Assembly (NCBI GenBank): GCA_013265495.1
Contig: MU057640.1
Coordinates: 939,303-1,003,302 of the forward strand
Direction of reading: 5' to 3'
Length of the DNA stretch: 64,000 bases
Source: Vicugna vicugna
Taxonomy: Eukaryota
In this document: positions 50,656-64,000 of the stretch, one piece after another
Numbering within the stretch: the stretch's first letter is position 1
Layout of the letters: each line of letters starts with the position of its first letter
The notes under the pieces: model-generated
Told to the model about the DNA's origin: nothing
The model's database searches: none
Seen by the model: only the letters and a program-made list of their open reading frames with translations
Made by a program: the position numbers and the translations under genes

Positions 50656-52084
50656 CTGGCCAAGAGAATATTGTGTCCCGGGGGAGGCACCAGACCTCAG
50701 AGAAGGGAACAGGATGGCTGAAGGAGGGCAAGTCCTGCCTCTTCACACTCCCTTACATCATTTCATTTACCCTTCACAACAAGCCAGCATTTAAGTATTA
50801 TTATTCCCCCACCTACACACGACTGCCAAGTGCATATTCCTAAAATATTTCTTTCAGCATGTTGCCCGCCTGGCCAAACACCTCCGGTAGCTCCCCACTG
50901 TCTCAAGGACAAAGTTCAAATTCTTCCCAAGGGGTTCAGAAAAAATCCTTTGTCATTCATCAGCCACAGAACAGGAGGCACCCTGGCTCAGCGGCACACA
51001 TCCACATCATCGTGGCAAAGGAAACCTGGCCTCTCCCAGGACGAGGGGAAGTTGTACACCCACACAGACCACCTGTGCTGCTAAGGGACAAGAAGCAAGG
51101 TTTCCTACAGGGGAGACTTTCCCCAGTTCCAAGTGGGTAACAAACCTACACACCTGGGAACTGAAAGGTTCTCCAACTTCTAGTGCTGCAAATCCTGAGC
51201 CACATCCCTCCTTCCACTGGCCAAATACTCAGTCTTCTCAAAATCCTTTGCTTTTAGTGACTAGGGGTCCACTTCCAGGTGAAGACAATGCCACGGGGCA
51301 GTGCTTAGTTAAATCACTTTTTCTTTGCTGCCAGTGCATAGTGTTCTTTCTTCTAAGGAATCCAGAAAGATCTTTGGAGACATTACCTAATTCAGCACTT
51401 TTTATATGAGTGCTGAAGGGTGTTATCAGCCTGGTTTGGGAGAGGAAATTACTTCCACAAGAAGACACAACCAAGAACATCTCCGCCTTTCCAGGGGGTC
51501 CTGGATCATTACAACAGACTAAGATCGGTCTGGGGCTCCCCTGGTTCCAAGTCCATCGGTCTCTGACCCTTTCAGTCTTGGTCGACTTGAGAGCTCCAGT
51601 CGTCATGTTTCTGGAGGATGTAGAGCCCTATCACCTGGCCAGAAGGCAGGCTCTGGAGTCCGCCCTGCTGTCCCTCGGAGTGGCCAGTCCCACGCGAGCA
51701 TAACAAATAAGCTGCTGCCTTTTCCTTTGGCCCCAGCTTGTGGACACAGCCCACACCACTGGCCCTTTGTCCTCGTTCCTCTCTGACCTTTTCCTGCTGG
51801 CACTGCAGATTGCATCTTGCTAGAGAACTGTCAATCTGCCTGGTCCTTGCCGTCAATCTGACCCTTAGCAGCCACATCCTGTCTCTCTAGACTCATCAAC
51901 CTAACAAGTAGACATTCCCCGGAAACTTTTCCTGCCACTTAATTAGACCTCTTGGGTGAAAATGTTCTGACATCTCCCGAGTCCATTTTTACCCTCCCAC
52001 TCCCCCTACTCTGCCACCACCATTTGTTCTGCCGTCTTTGATGCCAAGTCCCTCCAGTCACAGGTCCTCAAGCCTGCCTGCACA

Positions 52085-52240
52085 CTGGAATTATTCACAG
52101 AGATGATAACATTCCCCAAACCCAGGCTGCACCCCAGACACTATCTCAGACTTTCCGGAGCAGGACCCAAGCATCAGCGTTTCCGTGAAGGTCCCCAGGT
52201 GATTCTGCTGTGCAGCCAAGCCCAAGGGCGATTGTTCTAG
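52085..52240. mobile_element. MER5-like DNA transposon fragment
   Basis: 'cccaggctgcaccccagac...tcaga...aaggtccccaggtgattctgctgtgcagcca'. Confidence 0.55.
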
Positions 52241-55200
52241 GCCACTTCCCCAGTGGAACTTCATCTCCTCACAGGCACTGAGCTGCGGTCCCAGCATGGC
52301 AGAGGGCTGCACCCAGGTAGGAAATGACAACATCAGAAAATAGCACGAAAGCCAGAGAATGAAGATAAAGTGGTCCCCAGCCATCTCAGGAGATGCGATG
52401 ATCCAAACAGCTAACATTAGAAGGGGAAATTGCCACTTGTGGGGCATTTGCTGCTGTGCTGTTGAAAGTGGGTCAGAGCTTCATGTTATATTCAAAAAAC
52501 GGCATGTAGTGCACCATAGCTGGTAGTCAGAAAGCCTGTCATAAACCTAAAGAATCCAAGCCACTAGTAATTAAGGTTGGAAACCAGAAAGAACCTCCAT
52601 CGCAGCCCAGCTCACTAGCCTGGGCTTTCTGATACCCTGGGGATAAGTCATTTCTCCGAAAACGAGACAATTGCATTGGGCATCCTCATATAGTATGACT
52701 AGTCTGCAATGTGGGTGGTGAGTTCTGGAAGATCATAGGCTGGGTGGGAGGTTGAATAAGCTGAACTTTAAGATGCTCTTTAGTGCTGGAGGGTTTTTGA
52801 TTCAGGTGACAAGCCCTGAAGGTTTTAGAGGAGGCTAGGAAGAACATGCCCTGTGGTCTGCCTGGGCCCCTGTTCTGCTCCGCAGAGCTAAGCCAGGCCG
52901 GGGAGAACAGAATGCCCTGCTGTTCAGACAGAGTCAGAGGTTGGATCTGGCATCGCTGCAAGGCCTGAGCTAACTGGAGACAATCATTCCGGTTCCAGAA
53001 AGCTGGGGGTGTGACTCAGTGATAGCCAGGAGGACTGTGTGGGTGAGAGGGGCCCCTGCACTCAGAAGGGAACAGTTCATTTTTCTGCCTTGTTTACTGG
53101 CTTCCCAGAGAGCCAACAATGAAGGCTGCTAGCGAACCAGGCCACGGTGATGTTTACTTCGCTCTCATCACCTGCATACAGACAGCTAGATTTGCTCAGG
53201 GCCTTGCTTTCCACCCACTACCATGGGCTGCCTCACCTCTCCCAGGCTGGCAGGGCACCCCTGAGAAGTGCTTTTCTTAGTGTGCTGCTTGGTAACATGG
53301 TTATGCCCTTGTAACTCATCAAGGTTCCCTTGAGGCCCCAGCCTCGCGGGGGAGCACCCACGGGGAAGGGGTGTGGGGTCTTCCCCATTTACTGGGAAAA
53401 CAGCAGTCGGAGCAAACAGTGTGACAGCTGGTTACAGCGACAAAAATAAAGAAATAAAATAAGGCAGGCAGAAGGAGCGCCTATTTAGAAAGGAAAGATT
53501 TGGAAACTTGAGTTTGGTGGGATGAAATTAATTACAAATTGCTTTCGTGTCAGTTGGCTAGAGCCTGATGCCAAGACATCGGATTCCCTGCACAGCCTGG
53601 TTAGCACCATGCAGGGAGATCAAAGTCCGTGAACACAAACTACTCCCCTCGCCCTCATCAAACGGTCCCCCAACGTCTCACTGATAATAAGAGAAGGAGC
53701 CTGGGAAAACAGTTAACTGTGCTTCTCAAAAGCAGGTCAGCCTTCATGCAAATATGGTCACCAGTGAAAAGGAGGTAAACTGTCTTCACGTCCCACTGCT
53801 CTCTTTACGCTCTGCTTAATGCAAGGCTCAGTCCACCTTCTTCCCTAGGCTTGGCTCCAAACCTGTGGTCCCAGGGAGTGCCGGGATGGACAGCCCAGCA
53901 GCCCTGTAACCCAGCAGCCCATCCTACAGGGGGAGGCTTCCAAACTGTGCTCCAATAAGAACCCTCAGGGGCTGATTCAGGGGCACCAATTGGGCTTCAA
54001 CAAGGTGCAGGTTTCACATAGCACACTGCTGGCATTTGGGGTGGGGTCCTTTCCCATTGTCTGGGGCTGTCCTGCACTTTTCAGGACATTTTACAGCTCT
54101 AGTCCCCACCCGCCAAAGGCCGGTAGAGCTCTCCACCATCAGAGAAAGCTGACTATGCTCCCACTGCTTTCTGAAAGGCACGTGGAAAGGCTGATAACAA
54201 CGTCCCTGGCAGAGAACTCCGGGAAGGGCATCGCACTCATATACGTCTTATTTGTGCAGGCTTTCTGCTCAAACTTCCTTCAAACAAATGTTGACAGTTT
54301 ACAAAACAATGGTATGCCGGCCACTGTTCCCCTGGAAGCCAGAAACCCTGCTACAGAGCGGACCCACGCGGTCACCCGGCAGCCGCTCCGCTAGGCAGCT
54401 GCTGGGATGGCTCCAGCGATCAGGAAGGGGCTGCCCTCGGAAGGAAGCCCACATCATCGCTGGGCCCTTGGCCAGGAAGTTCCACTTTCTCCTGCACGGA
54501 AATTTATCTCCCTCTGACTTCTACCCGCTGGGGCTGAGTCCGACCTCTAACGGCCACAAGAAGTTTGTTACCTCTTCCGCACAGCTGCCCTTTAAATATT
54601 TGAAGAAAGCTGCCTTATCTCTCCCAATTTCACAGGCAGCTTAACTCAATTCTTCCCATACAGGCTTATCATTAGGGGATCACTTTCTATGTCTCAGTCA
54701 CTTGACTGATGTGATCTTTGATTATCACAAAAAAGCCATCAGGTAAGCTTATTATCCCAATTTGATGGAGGAAGAGGAGCAATCAGCTTGACTCTACACA
54801 AGAAGTAAAGGGCATGGCCCACATTTACTTGTTTTCAAGTCCCTACTCCTTTTATTACAAACCTGCGGTTCCCACACCTGACTCCCAGAGCCCCCTGGGA
54901 AGGTATATTTTAAAAATAGCAATACACAGGTTCTCAAACAGATTTAATGAACCAGAACCAGATGATTCTGATAGACCTGATTCAGCGATCAGCATTTAAA
55001 ACCTCCTGCCTCCTGGGATGCTTAACCTCCTCAACATCCAAGTTTCCCTTTTTGGAGGGAACAAGCTTTCTTTTTTAAAAAAAATCAACATTTTGCCTAC
55101 AATGTGTAAACCCAAGGGTGGTCTGACCGGTACACTCTGGGACAGACCCACTGCCTCCCTTACTCTGGGCTGATGTGCCAGCGATGGGACCTGAGTGTGC

Positions 55201-55855
55201 ATCGCATCACCCAGAGAGAGGGGGAAACTCCACCCAAGCACACAGCCACCAACACCTGCTGGAGATTCAACACGGCCACGCACCTCAGATTTTGTCCCCA
55301 CGCCTTCTTTTCCCCCATCCTCATCTCCGTGAAGCGCATCTCTTGAAGGCAATTAAAATTACACAGTGTCCTGATTTCAATCCTCCTGTAACCACGCTGA
55401 ATATTTTCCACTTACAAAAAATTAAGTTTTAATTAAGTTTTTTCATCAAAACACCAGTCCCACTGATAATGTGAAGAAGGTCTGAGAAAGTAATTACGTG
55501 CACAATCTGTTTTTGACACACTTCCTTCTCCACTGGGACATCCTTCCTGTCTCCTTTACTTCATTAGCAATCCCCTGTTGCCATAGGAAGGCCTGCTTTC
55601 TTCTCTATTTACCAGAACAGAGACAAAGAACCGGGTTTCCTCCTTTGTACACAACAGCAGCTCCTCCTGCACTGAATGAACTCTTAGGCATCAGGTTACA
55701 CCTGTGAGTCTTCACTGTTCCATTTCCCCTTGTTGTGAGCATCTTCCGCTGCAGGTCAAAGAGCCAGCCAGGCTTATATGGGGGTACTGTGGGGGAGCCG
55801 ATTACTTTTGCTTCCCATCTCCCACTACCTAGCCATTACGTTAAGAAATAGGCTA

Positions 55856-56091
55856 CTGGGAGTTTGAAATATGTAGATACTGACAGGCATATGCAGAATA
55901 GATAAACAAGATCATACTGTATAGCACAGGGAAATATATACAAGATCTTGTGGTAGCTCACAGAGAAAAGAATGTGACAATGAATATATGTATGTTCATG
56001 TATAACTGAAAAATTGTGCTTTACACTGGAAATTGACACAACATTGTAAAATGACTATAACTCAATAAAAAAATAAAAGTTAAAAAAAAAG
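55856..56091 (+). mobile_element. Young camelid-type L1 3' end with perfect TSD
   Basis: L1 3' UTR, AATAAA and poly(A); 12-bp TSD agaaataggcta at 55844-55855 and 56092-56103. Confidence 0.95.
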
Positions 56092-56217
56092 AGAAATAGG
56101 CTAGACTTTGATTCCCTGAAGGCCGAAGTGATTAAAATGATACACAGTTTTGAATAGGTTCAAAGATATTTGGCATTTGGCAAACTAACACCAATATTTT
56201 CTATGCCTCTAATTCAG

Positions 56218-56668
56218 CATATTAGTTTCCTAGAGTTGCCATTGCAAATCACCACAAATGGGGTGGCTTTAAAAAAAAAACACTGAAATTTATTCTCTCA
56301 GTCCTGATGGCCAGAAGTCTGAGATCATGGTGTTGACAGGGTCGTGTTCCCTCTGAAGTCTCCAGGGCAGTCCCCTTCCTTGCCTCTTCTAGCTTCTGGT
56401 GGCTCCTGGTGACCTTTGGTTTGTAGGTGGGTAACTCTAATCTCTGCTCCTGCATGTTCACAAGGCCTTCTTCCCTCTGTCCCTGTGTCCTCTCTCCTTT
56501 TCATACAGGGACATCACTGGACTTGGGGACCACTCTAAACTCAAGATGATTTCATCTCAAGAGCCTTCACTCATTACATCCACCAAGACCCTATTTCCAA
56601 ATAAAGTGACATTCTCAGGTTTCAGGTGGACAGGAACTTGGAGTAGGGGATGTTATTCAACCTACTAC
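56218..56668 (-). mobile_element. MaLR MLT1C-like solo LTR
   Basis: 'attagtttcctagagttgcc...aaatttattctctcagt...ggccagaagtctgagatca...ccttccttgcctcttctagcttctggtggc...aagaccctatttccaaataa'. Confidence 0.9.
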
Positions 56669-57296
56669 ACTCGTCTTGAAGCACATCTTTTGGAGGAAGC
56701 CCGAGAGTGAGATGGGAGGAAATTGAAGCTATAACTAGGAACAGAAAGACCAGGATGCCTGCAGTTTACCCACTAACAGATAAAGGAGACCCACCCCACC
56801 CTCCGATGGAACCACCCAGGCATTTTTTTTTTTTTGGCTCATTTTTCCAACTGGCACAAGACAAACCACAAAGTCCAAATGAAGAGATTTGAACAGGTCT
56901 GCAGTTTACATCTGGAGACACACGATCCAAAATTTGTAGATTAGAACCAGAAAACTGGCATGAATCATTTTATCATCAAGTAGAATTCTCCCTAACCCCT
57001 GCGAGACATTGAACTCATACCTCTACCTCTGATCTTTATTTAATAAATCTGAACATGTGGTCTTCTCTGACAGCTTGCTTCAGGGTTCAAAACAATGGAT
57101 TTTAGGAAGTCTGGGCTCTGCCGTAATTTGGTGCCAAACCTTCTTTTAACCGGCATTCCCCCCCTGCTCATGACCATGCATTTTCTAATTTAGTCAATAG
57201 CATTTCTGTTTTGAATCCAGTTTCTACTTTCCTGCTTCAATCTGTTCCCTCCAGCTAGAAGCCTCTTTGCTTTCTTCTCTTCACTTTCCACCCAAG

Positions 57297-57970
57297 TGGT
57301 GGTTTTAAAACACGGTTGGCAAATTCTTCAACACTCCTTCTATCAAAAAGGTGGATCTAATTCCTCTCCCCATGACCTGTGAGCCCACAGCCTGGCCCAG
57401 TGACTCACATCCAATGAACAGAATGCAGTGGAAAGCAGGAGTGAGGCTGAAGACTTCCAAGGCGAGGGCGTGAAAGGCGGTAGGACCCCTGCCTGGCTCT
57501 CACTCTACCTTTGGGACACTCAGTGGAACCCAGCCAGCCAAGCTCTGAAGAAGCCCGGCAGCCACATGAAAAGGCCATGTGTAGGTGTTCCGGCCACAGC
57601 CACAGCTAAGGTTCCCACCGACAGCCAGTATCAACTGCCGTACATAGGAGCGAGCAAGCTTTCTGGTGATTCCAGCCCCTAGCCTTCAGGCCACCCCTGC
57701 CGACGCAAGTAGAGCGGAGACAATCTAGCCACACCAAGCCCTACCAAAGCTGCAGATGCATGAGCAAAATAAACTTGTTTTAAACCATGACTGTTGGGTG
57801 TCTGTTATTTGGTGGTGGGGGTAATTAGGTTTATTTGTTTATTTATTTATTTATATAATGGAGGGACTGGGGATTGAACCCAGGACCTTGTGCATGCTAA
57901 GCACATGCTCTACTACGGAGCTATGCCCTCTCCCCTCCCCAGGTGTCTGTTATGCAACATGAAACAACTG
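57297..57970 (+). mobile_element. MaLR MLT1-like LTR, interrupted by a SINE
   Basis: 'tggttttaaaac..ggcaaattcttcaacactcct...gaagaagccc..gccacatgaaaaggccatgtgtaggtgttccggcc...gcagatgcatgagcaaaataaa'. Confidence 0.8.
57809..57941 (-). mobile_element. Camelid tRNA-derived SINE (Vic-1-like) with TSD
   Basis: 'ggagggactggggattgaacccaggaccttgtgcatgctaagcacatgctctactacggagcta'; sense tail (AAAT)n-aaacctaattacccc; 12-bp TSD ggtgtctgttat at 57797-57808 and 57942-57953. Confidence 0.93.
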
Positions 57971-58039
57971 GAGCACTCTACCTCTGACCATCTTGACCTT
58001 TCTAAAATCCATTTTTTTTTAAAGATTATACAACACGAG

Positions 58040-58915
58040 CCTGCCTTATGACACCACATAACAGGTCAAACTCAACACGTCCAAGGTAAAACTCATCTTT
58101 CCCCTCAAACCTTATTTTCTCCCAGTTTCCTGTCTGAGTGACTGGTACCACCATTCACCCTACTGAGCAAGCTAGAAACCTAGGGGTCATGCTGACACCC
58201 CTTCCCCACACCATATTTAATAAATGCTGAGTTCTATTGATTCTGCCTTTTTCATGTCTGCAGAATCCGCTCACTGCTCGCTTCTCCATAATGTCCACTG
58301 GAGATGCTGTCACCTTTCACCGGGATGCAGCGGTGCCCTAACTGATCCTGCTCCCATCCCACTCCAGTGGCGCTGAGTGGTCGTTCCAAACCACAAGTGT
58401 CTTCTTTCACCCTTCCTGCTTAAAACCCTTCAGTGATTTCCCACAGTTCTTAGGATCAAACCCCAAATCCTTAAAGGAGTAATAAGGTCCTACATGGTCT
58501 GGCCCCCACCTCCCTCCACCCCCGCCCTGATTCATCTTACCCTGAGTTCCCTCCTGTTCTTGGGCTCCAGCGCATGGCCAGTAGGCTCTCTCAATTATGC
58601 TGTGCTGTCCTCACTGCAGAGCATCAGCACCAGCTGCCGCCTCTACCTGCAATGCAGTTCTGCACCCCGCTCCTTCCGGAGCTAATCTCTCCTCATCCTT
58701 CAGTCTCTCCCTAAGTACCACTTCTTCAGAGGAGATTCCTCTATTTTACGTATCAAACACTACTATTTACATGTGTGACTTTTGGGTTCATGAGTGTCTC
58801 CTCTACTAGACTCAACTCCGAGAGGGCAGGAACAGTGTCTTCTTCTGCTCCCGACTCTACTCCTAGTTCTTAGCCACAGAGTGTGTGCACAACAAGTGCA
58901 GGCTGTGTGAATGAA
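58040..58915 (+). mobile_element. L2 3' region
   Basis: 'caaactcaacacgtccaa..aaactcatcttt', 'caagctagaaacctaggggtcat', 'ctgcttaaaacccttcagtg', 'ctagactcaactccgagagggcagg'. Confidence 0.85.
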
Positions 58916-61900
58916 CCGTTTCTCCTCTGTCTTTAAATCTAGCCCAATACCTTGTTGCAAAGAGATTTTCATTATAAATTATGAATGAGTGGAGAATGCT
59001 ATTGCAAATCATTCCAAAGGGTTCTTGCAGCATAAAAAGCTTAGAAGAGAAAAAGTAGAACCTCAAAGCTCAAAAATACAACCATCTTCTGGCCGTTGAT
59101 GGATGAGTTCTTGAAAAAGAAGGTTCTCTCAGGGTTGTGGTAAGGTATGTTGGGGGAACAGGGCTTAAAAACACAAGAGGTAACTTTACAACGTTCCTTA
59201 AGGGCCTAATAGCTTTAGTATTTTGTTTGTTACTGACTCCCAAACTTTGTTAAGTGTTAACTCTAAATAGAAAGAAACGGAAAGAGACTGGTGTCGTGAA
59301 ATCATGCAATTGAGATCAATTTATTATGGTTGCAATATTTCTCTAATTTTTTAGGATAGAGGTTTTTTAGACTATACACCAAGAAACCTGATGGCTCTCT
59401 AAACACATAACAGCCAAATGGTCTGGCCATGAGGCATTGCTGGCTCAAGATTGAGATAATTTTCCCAGTGTCACCAATGTCTCACTGATGGTTTTGAAAT
59501 TCTCCAAAGATGAATCCAGTTGTTTCTCCAACTTCTTTGGTGTTCTTTGCCTCACATCCTTAAAAGTCCTGTGACTGAGATGCCACTTACCAGTCTGATG
59601 TTACCTTGGTTTTAATCTGGTGGCAATAAATATTATTGACATTTTACAAAGATTTTATTAAGCGCTATCTTTCCTGCACTATTTTTTGTTACATAAATTA
59701 TTTAAAAGAGAATCATTTACTAATCTAAACAAACCACCAAAAGAACTCTAAACAAGTTAGAAATTTTGGACCAAAGCATTGAAAATATTAGACATTAGAC
59801 CTTAAAGACACGTTCTGACAGGAGAAAGGTCTATGGAAGGCTAAGGGAATATTCCTGGGGTTCAGAAACCCTATTACCATTTGCTGAAGGGGTCACTGTT
59901 TTCGCCTTGACATTAATTACTCCCCAAAATCCGTTAATCATCTTGGCAAATGGACCATTTTAGGACCAATGACCTGCAATCCTCATAACTTTTCATTTCC
60001 AACATGAACAGCACAAGGCCAGTAGTCTTTTACATACAACTTTGCAACAGAAATTAATGTTATTTAATCAACAACTGATCAAATAAAAGGCAAATTAAAA
60101 AAAAAGGCAAATGGAGGGCAGGGAGGAAGAAACAGAGCTGGAAAATTTTCCTGCTCCATCCAGGCATCCTCTCTTTCCCTCAGGTATGTCCTATGGTCCT
60201 TGAGGGCTATTTTCTGCTACTAACTTCTTACACAATGGCCACTGATGACAGTAAGAGCTTTGCTGTAAGTTATGGGGATGGGAAGGAAGAATTCCTGTAA
60301 ATGTTGTTAATTAGCACTGACTAGTGTCCGTCTGATACTGTGTTCAGCTCTTGTGTCAGAGTGACAGTCTTCAAGGTTCCTCAGGTTGCACGGCTCTCTT
60401 GCAGCGTTTTTCAAAGACCCCTTAAACCATCTGCCCCAGCAGACGTGGCTCTTAACTGCCACAAGAAAATGAAGCCTCACCTGTGGTTTAAAAAAAAAGA
60501 ACAGAACCATCCTTGAACATTAAATGTTGTAAGCTGATTCTTGAGGGAACAAAGCGTGGACCAGGTTCTATTAGGGGACCACTAATACCAAGGCTGTTCT
60601 GTGACGAGTTGGACCTCAGGGCCCTACCTGACCATCAGCAGTGGGCTGATGACTCTTTTGGAAAGAAAGAGCCCCTCTCCTCAAACCAGCTGAAATGCCC
60701 TGGCCCTTGATCTCCTCTGATCTACCTCTGAAAAGTGCACGAGACAGACGGAAGCGATCTCAGGGACCCTCGGGACTTCCTGGAGTGATTTTCATGCAGG
60801 CCTCGTGAAGCAATGACACAGACAAGGGGCCTGCATCACTGTATTTATTTTAATTACTGAAAAGTTTTCATTTATAATTCATTGGTACTAAGACTGCTTG
60901 GAATGCCTTATTAAAAGGGACTTTTTTTTTTTACCTCTTTGTGACCACAGGAAAGAGAAACATCTTAAATGTGGTATAAGAATAAATTGTTACCAAAATA
61001 GAACCTAGTATCACTAATTACAGTGCTACCCAACCTGCATTTATAAAATCATCATCCTGGTATGAACAGAGCAACATGTAATTTAGCCTCCAGCTAGTGC
61101 AATTAACAGGGTTTTAAAAACTCAGCACCATAACAGTAACTCTCCGATGATTACTAAATACACCCATTCTTCTCTCTCAGAAAGTCCTGTCTGAGTGGTT
61201 CCCCAAAGCAGGGAAGTTAGCAGTAAAAATCAAGAGAGGGACATCAGAGGAGAGAAAGTTACTTCAGTATATATTTAATGGATCCTCCATTGTTAACAAG
61301 CATTTATTAAGGATCCAACGTGCTTCTAGATACTTTGGGGGATTTTTTAAAGGTAAGATTCGTAATCTAAGAATAGAATTCGAGTCCATGAGGAACTATA
61401 TGGAACATGGCTGCCTGAAGTTATTTCTGGCCCTAAAGTTTACTGCGAGCCCCAGGTTCTATTCCAGAATGTACAAAGATGAGTTCAGCGTTGGTGCACA
61501 TGCTGGAGGAACCCAAGTGGGGTCACAGCCAACAAGAAGCGATAGGCTCGGACATCTCTGGACAGCATGAGAAGTCCCCTGGAGTCCAGGACTTGACTGG
61601 CTTTGTGCCCTTCCTCAGTGTCCCATGGAGGACAAGCTTGAAGAGAACCATGCAAATGACAACTATGAGACGTGTCTCAGGTTTCAGTCTCTCGGCTGCT
61701 CTAGACAGCTTACGATGGTGCCTAGAAAATCAGCTCCTACGAGGAGGAGTGGAAACTCATGAGCTGTCCCTACTGGGCTCACTGGGACACTGTGGCCACT
61801 GAGCAAAGAGAGGAGTGAGAAGCGTCAGCGTTGGGAGAGGCTGATAGATGCAACGGCTCCACTGCCCTATGCAGAGACACTGAGGAGTGATATTCCTAGA

Positions 61901-64000
61901 ATCAGCCCTCAGGGTGACAGAATATGCATGATGACCTGAATTCCTGCATCACAGAGGAGTCAGCAAAATGAGGAACAGGGCACGAAAAGACCCATGTTAA
62001 TGCTCTTTTGCTAAGTGTTGTCCCCTCCCTGTGTCAATGTCACCATCTGCCAAGGGAGAGAAATAGAACAGAATATGCTCAAGTTTCTGGATGACCTCCA
62101 ACAATGGAAAGAGAGAAGGACAGAGTCTGTGCCCTCACGGAACTTCCCATCTGCACTCAACAGTGAATGGTAAAGCACTTTCTGATATAGTTTGTTACGT
62201 CTTGACAAGAACCACTGCGTATTTTACACAGAAGAAGTTAGAATGGTCCAATAATTTCTCTCCAGTCAAAGTGAAGGCAGCAGGGCTCGGGTCCATGCTG
62301 ATGAATGAAGGATGGAGACAGGGCTGCCAGCAGCTTACCGCAGACAGGCTGACTCCTATGCCCAGGGTCAAGGTCCAGCCTGCTCAAAAGCCCCGCTGCA
62401 AACTGGCAGGCCAAGACAAGAAGCCAGTACAAACAGCCATTCTGGAAAGGGGCAAATCCAAATGTGATCTTCGCAAATGCTGGCTACATTCTGGCTAATG
62501 GTCTCAAGGATGCTTTCTGCAGGTGTGTGTTTTGAGAAACCCTGCTTTAATTTTGTGACAGACTCCTGTCAACATTTCCCGTGATGCTTTGGAAATCATT
62601 TCTGCCCTTTTAAATTATAACAGTAACAGTTATCAGCCCCTTCCCCCTATCCCACTTAGGCGTCTAAAAATGGAGCAAACAGCATGGTTCACCAGGCTCG
62701 GAATAAGTCCTCTGCCATCACTCCAATGCTGTTAGCAGCTCACCACCAATTGGCATTCTGTGTCAATTCCATCCCATGAACCACAGTTTTCTTTTAAAAA
62801 GGTGCCTATCATGTCATTCGCAGGGCTTTGCAAAGAAACCAGTAATGAAAATGATTATAAAGCCTTTTCAACTCTACAGACTTGACGTATAACAGCTGAA
62901 ACAGGAGTAGGGCTATAGTTCCTTGCTTGCCTACGAAAGATCTCACCCAGGACTCAGGTTAAATGTGAAATTGACTTGCTTTTCAAGAAGCTGGTTATGG
63001 CCACTGACACCCATGAACTACAAGGGTCTCTCCACTTTGTTATAAAGACCATGCCCATTCCAGGGGGAGCAGCTTAGCACAGAGTAAGACGGTCACTGGT
63101 AAATGATCACACAGGCCAATTCCATCAAGAAATGTTAGGAGCTTTTTAACTGGAATTGGTGAGAGAACTTCTCATCTTTACTTTCAAATGAACTAGTGGC
63201 ATTTAAAACTACATGGTTTCCTTAATATGTCTCACTGAACTGAAATAAATAAGAGTCGAATGGGGGAAAATACTTGACCACTTTTTAATGTGATTTTTAA
63301 ATTATGATTTAAATATTCAAGCGTAGGCACAGAATATCAAGTGGTGGAAAAAATTTGCCTGAGAACTGTGAAGTACCATCATAATGAATGTGGAAACTTA
63401 AGTATTTTGTGTTCTAATACTTTATTCAATATTTGAATCCTCCTTAATGTTTTATTTTCTCTTTGCCATGGATCTCCCTAGTTCCTGTTGAGTGGATAAG
63501 CAGAAAACATAAACAAATAAATCTTTGGAGCTTAGCTGAAACGCTACCTATCAACAGCTTTATTGCTGTTTTAATGCTCAGTGCCAACAGTATGTCTTTG
63601 TCTTTGTTTTCTGCTTATTAAACACAAACCAAAATAATCACGCTTTCCCACAAGGAACAAGTTTTTTACCATAAAAGTTAAATTGGTAATGATGCATATG
63701 GATCATAGACGTCTTTAAACTGCCTGAGCAGAAGGTAATTTACGCCAGGTGAGTGAGCAAAGCCACCCAATGTTCAGTGGCTGAATTATACAGGGTCACT
63801 GGTTGTGAGCAACACAAGTTCCATCTGGTTACTTTAAAGAGAAAAGGGATGTGTTGGAAGAAGGTTGAAGAGTAGACAATTGACAGAAATGTTAGAAAAC
63901 CAGGCAGAAACTAAGGGCAGATGCCCCAGGATTTACCTGCCTATGGCATGGCAGCCAGCACCAGCACACTGGCCGCTTCTCTCACTGCCCAGCAACACTG

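Noticed and set aside
51238..51877. Cluster of overlapping 70-122 aa ORFs on both strands
   Set aside because: Explained by locally higher GC content; no splice or homology support
59445..59570. Protein-looking minus-strand frame TFKDVRQRTPKKLEKQLDSSLENFKTISETLVTLGKLSQS*
   Set aside because: Only about 40 codons, weak acceptor, no family recognised; a tBLASTn hit would be needed to reinstate it
1..64000. ORF track as protein-coding genes or a novel multi-gene system
   Set aside because: All ORFs are <=141 aa, many use non-ATG starts, none resembles a protein I recognise beyond transposon relics, and no consistent coding exon chain could be built on either strand

Overview
Mammalian genomic DNA, most likely camelid (alpaca/llama/camel), judged from two tRNA-derived SINEs matching my recollection of the camelid Vic-1-type SINE (5976-6070, 57809-57941) and young cetartiodactyl/camelid-type L1 3' ends. 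I recognised no protein-coding gene. All listed ORFs are short (<=141 aa), and many fall in microsatellites or decayed transposons. The window reads as intergenic or deep-intronic sequence dense in interspersed repeats: L2, MIR, old and young L1 3' fragments, MaLR MLT1 solo LTRs and DNA-transposon relics (MER58A, MER8, MER82, MER5A, MER20, MER33). The signals worth follow-up are non-coding: a CCAAT x4 + CRE promoter-like module at an LTR remnant, homeodomain-dense and GATA/GFI1 motif clusters, a perfect DR5 and a perfect DR0 nuclear-receptor element, a candidate minus-strand terminal exon with a poly(A) signal, exon-like units closed in all frames, and clean nested or inverted retrotransposon insertions. 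I found no convincing evidence for a novel multi-gene system. Repeat family names come from remembered consensus sequences, and boundaries are approximate unless TSDs are given.
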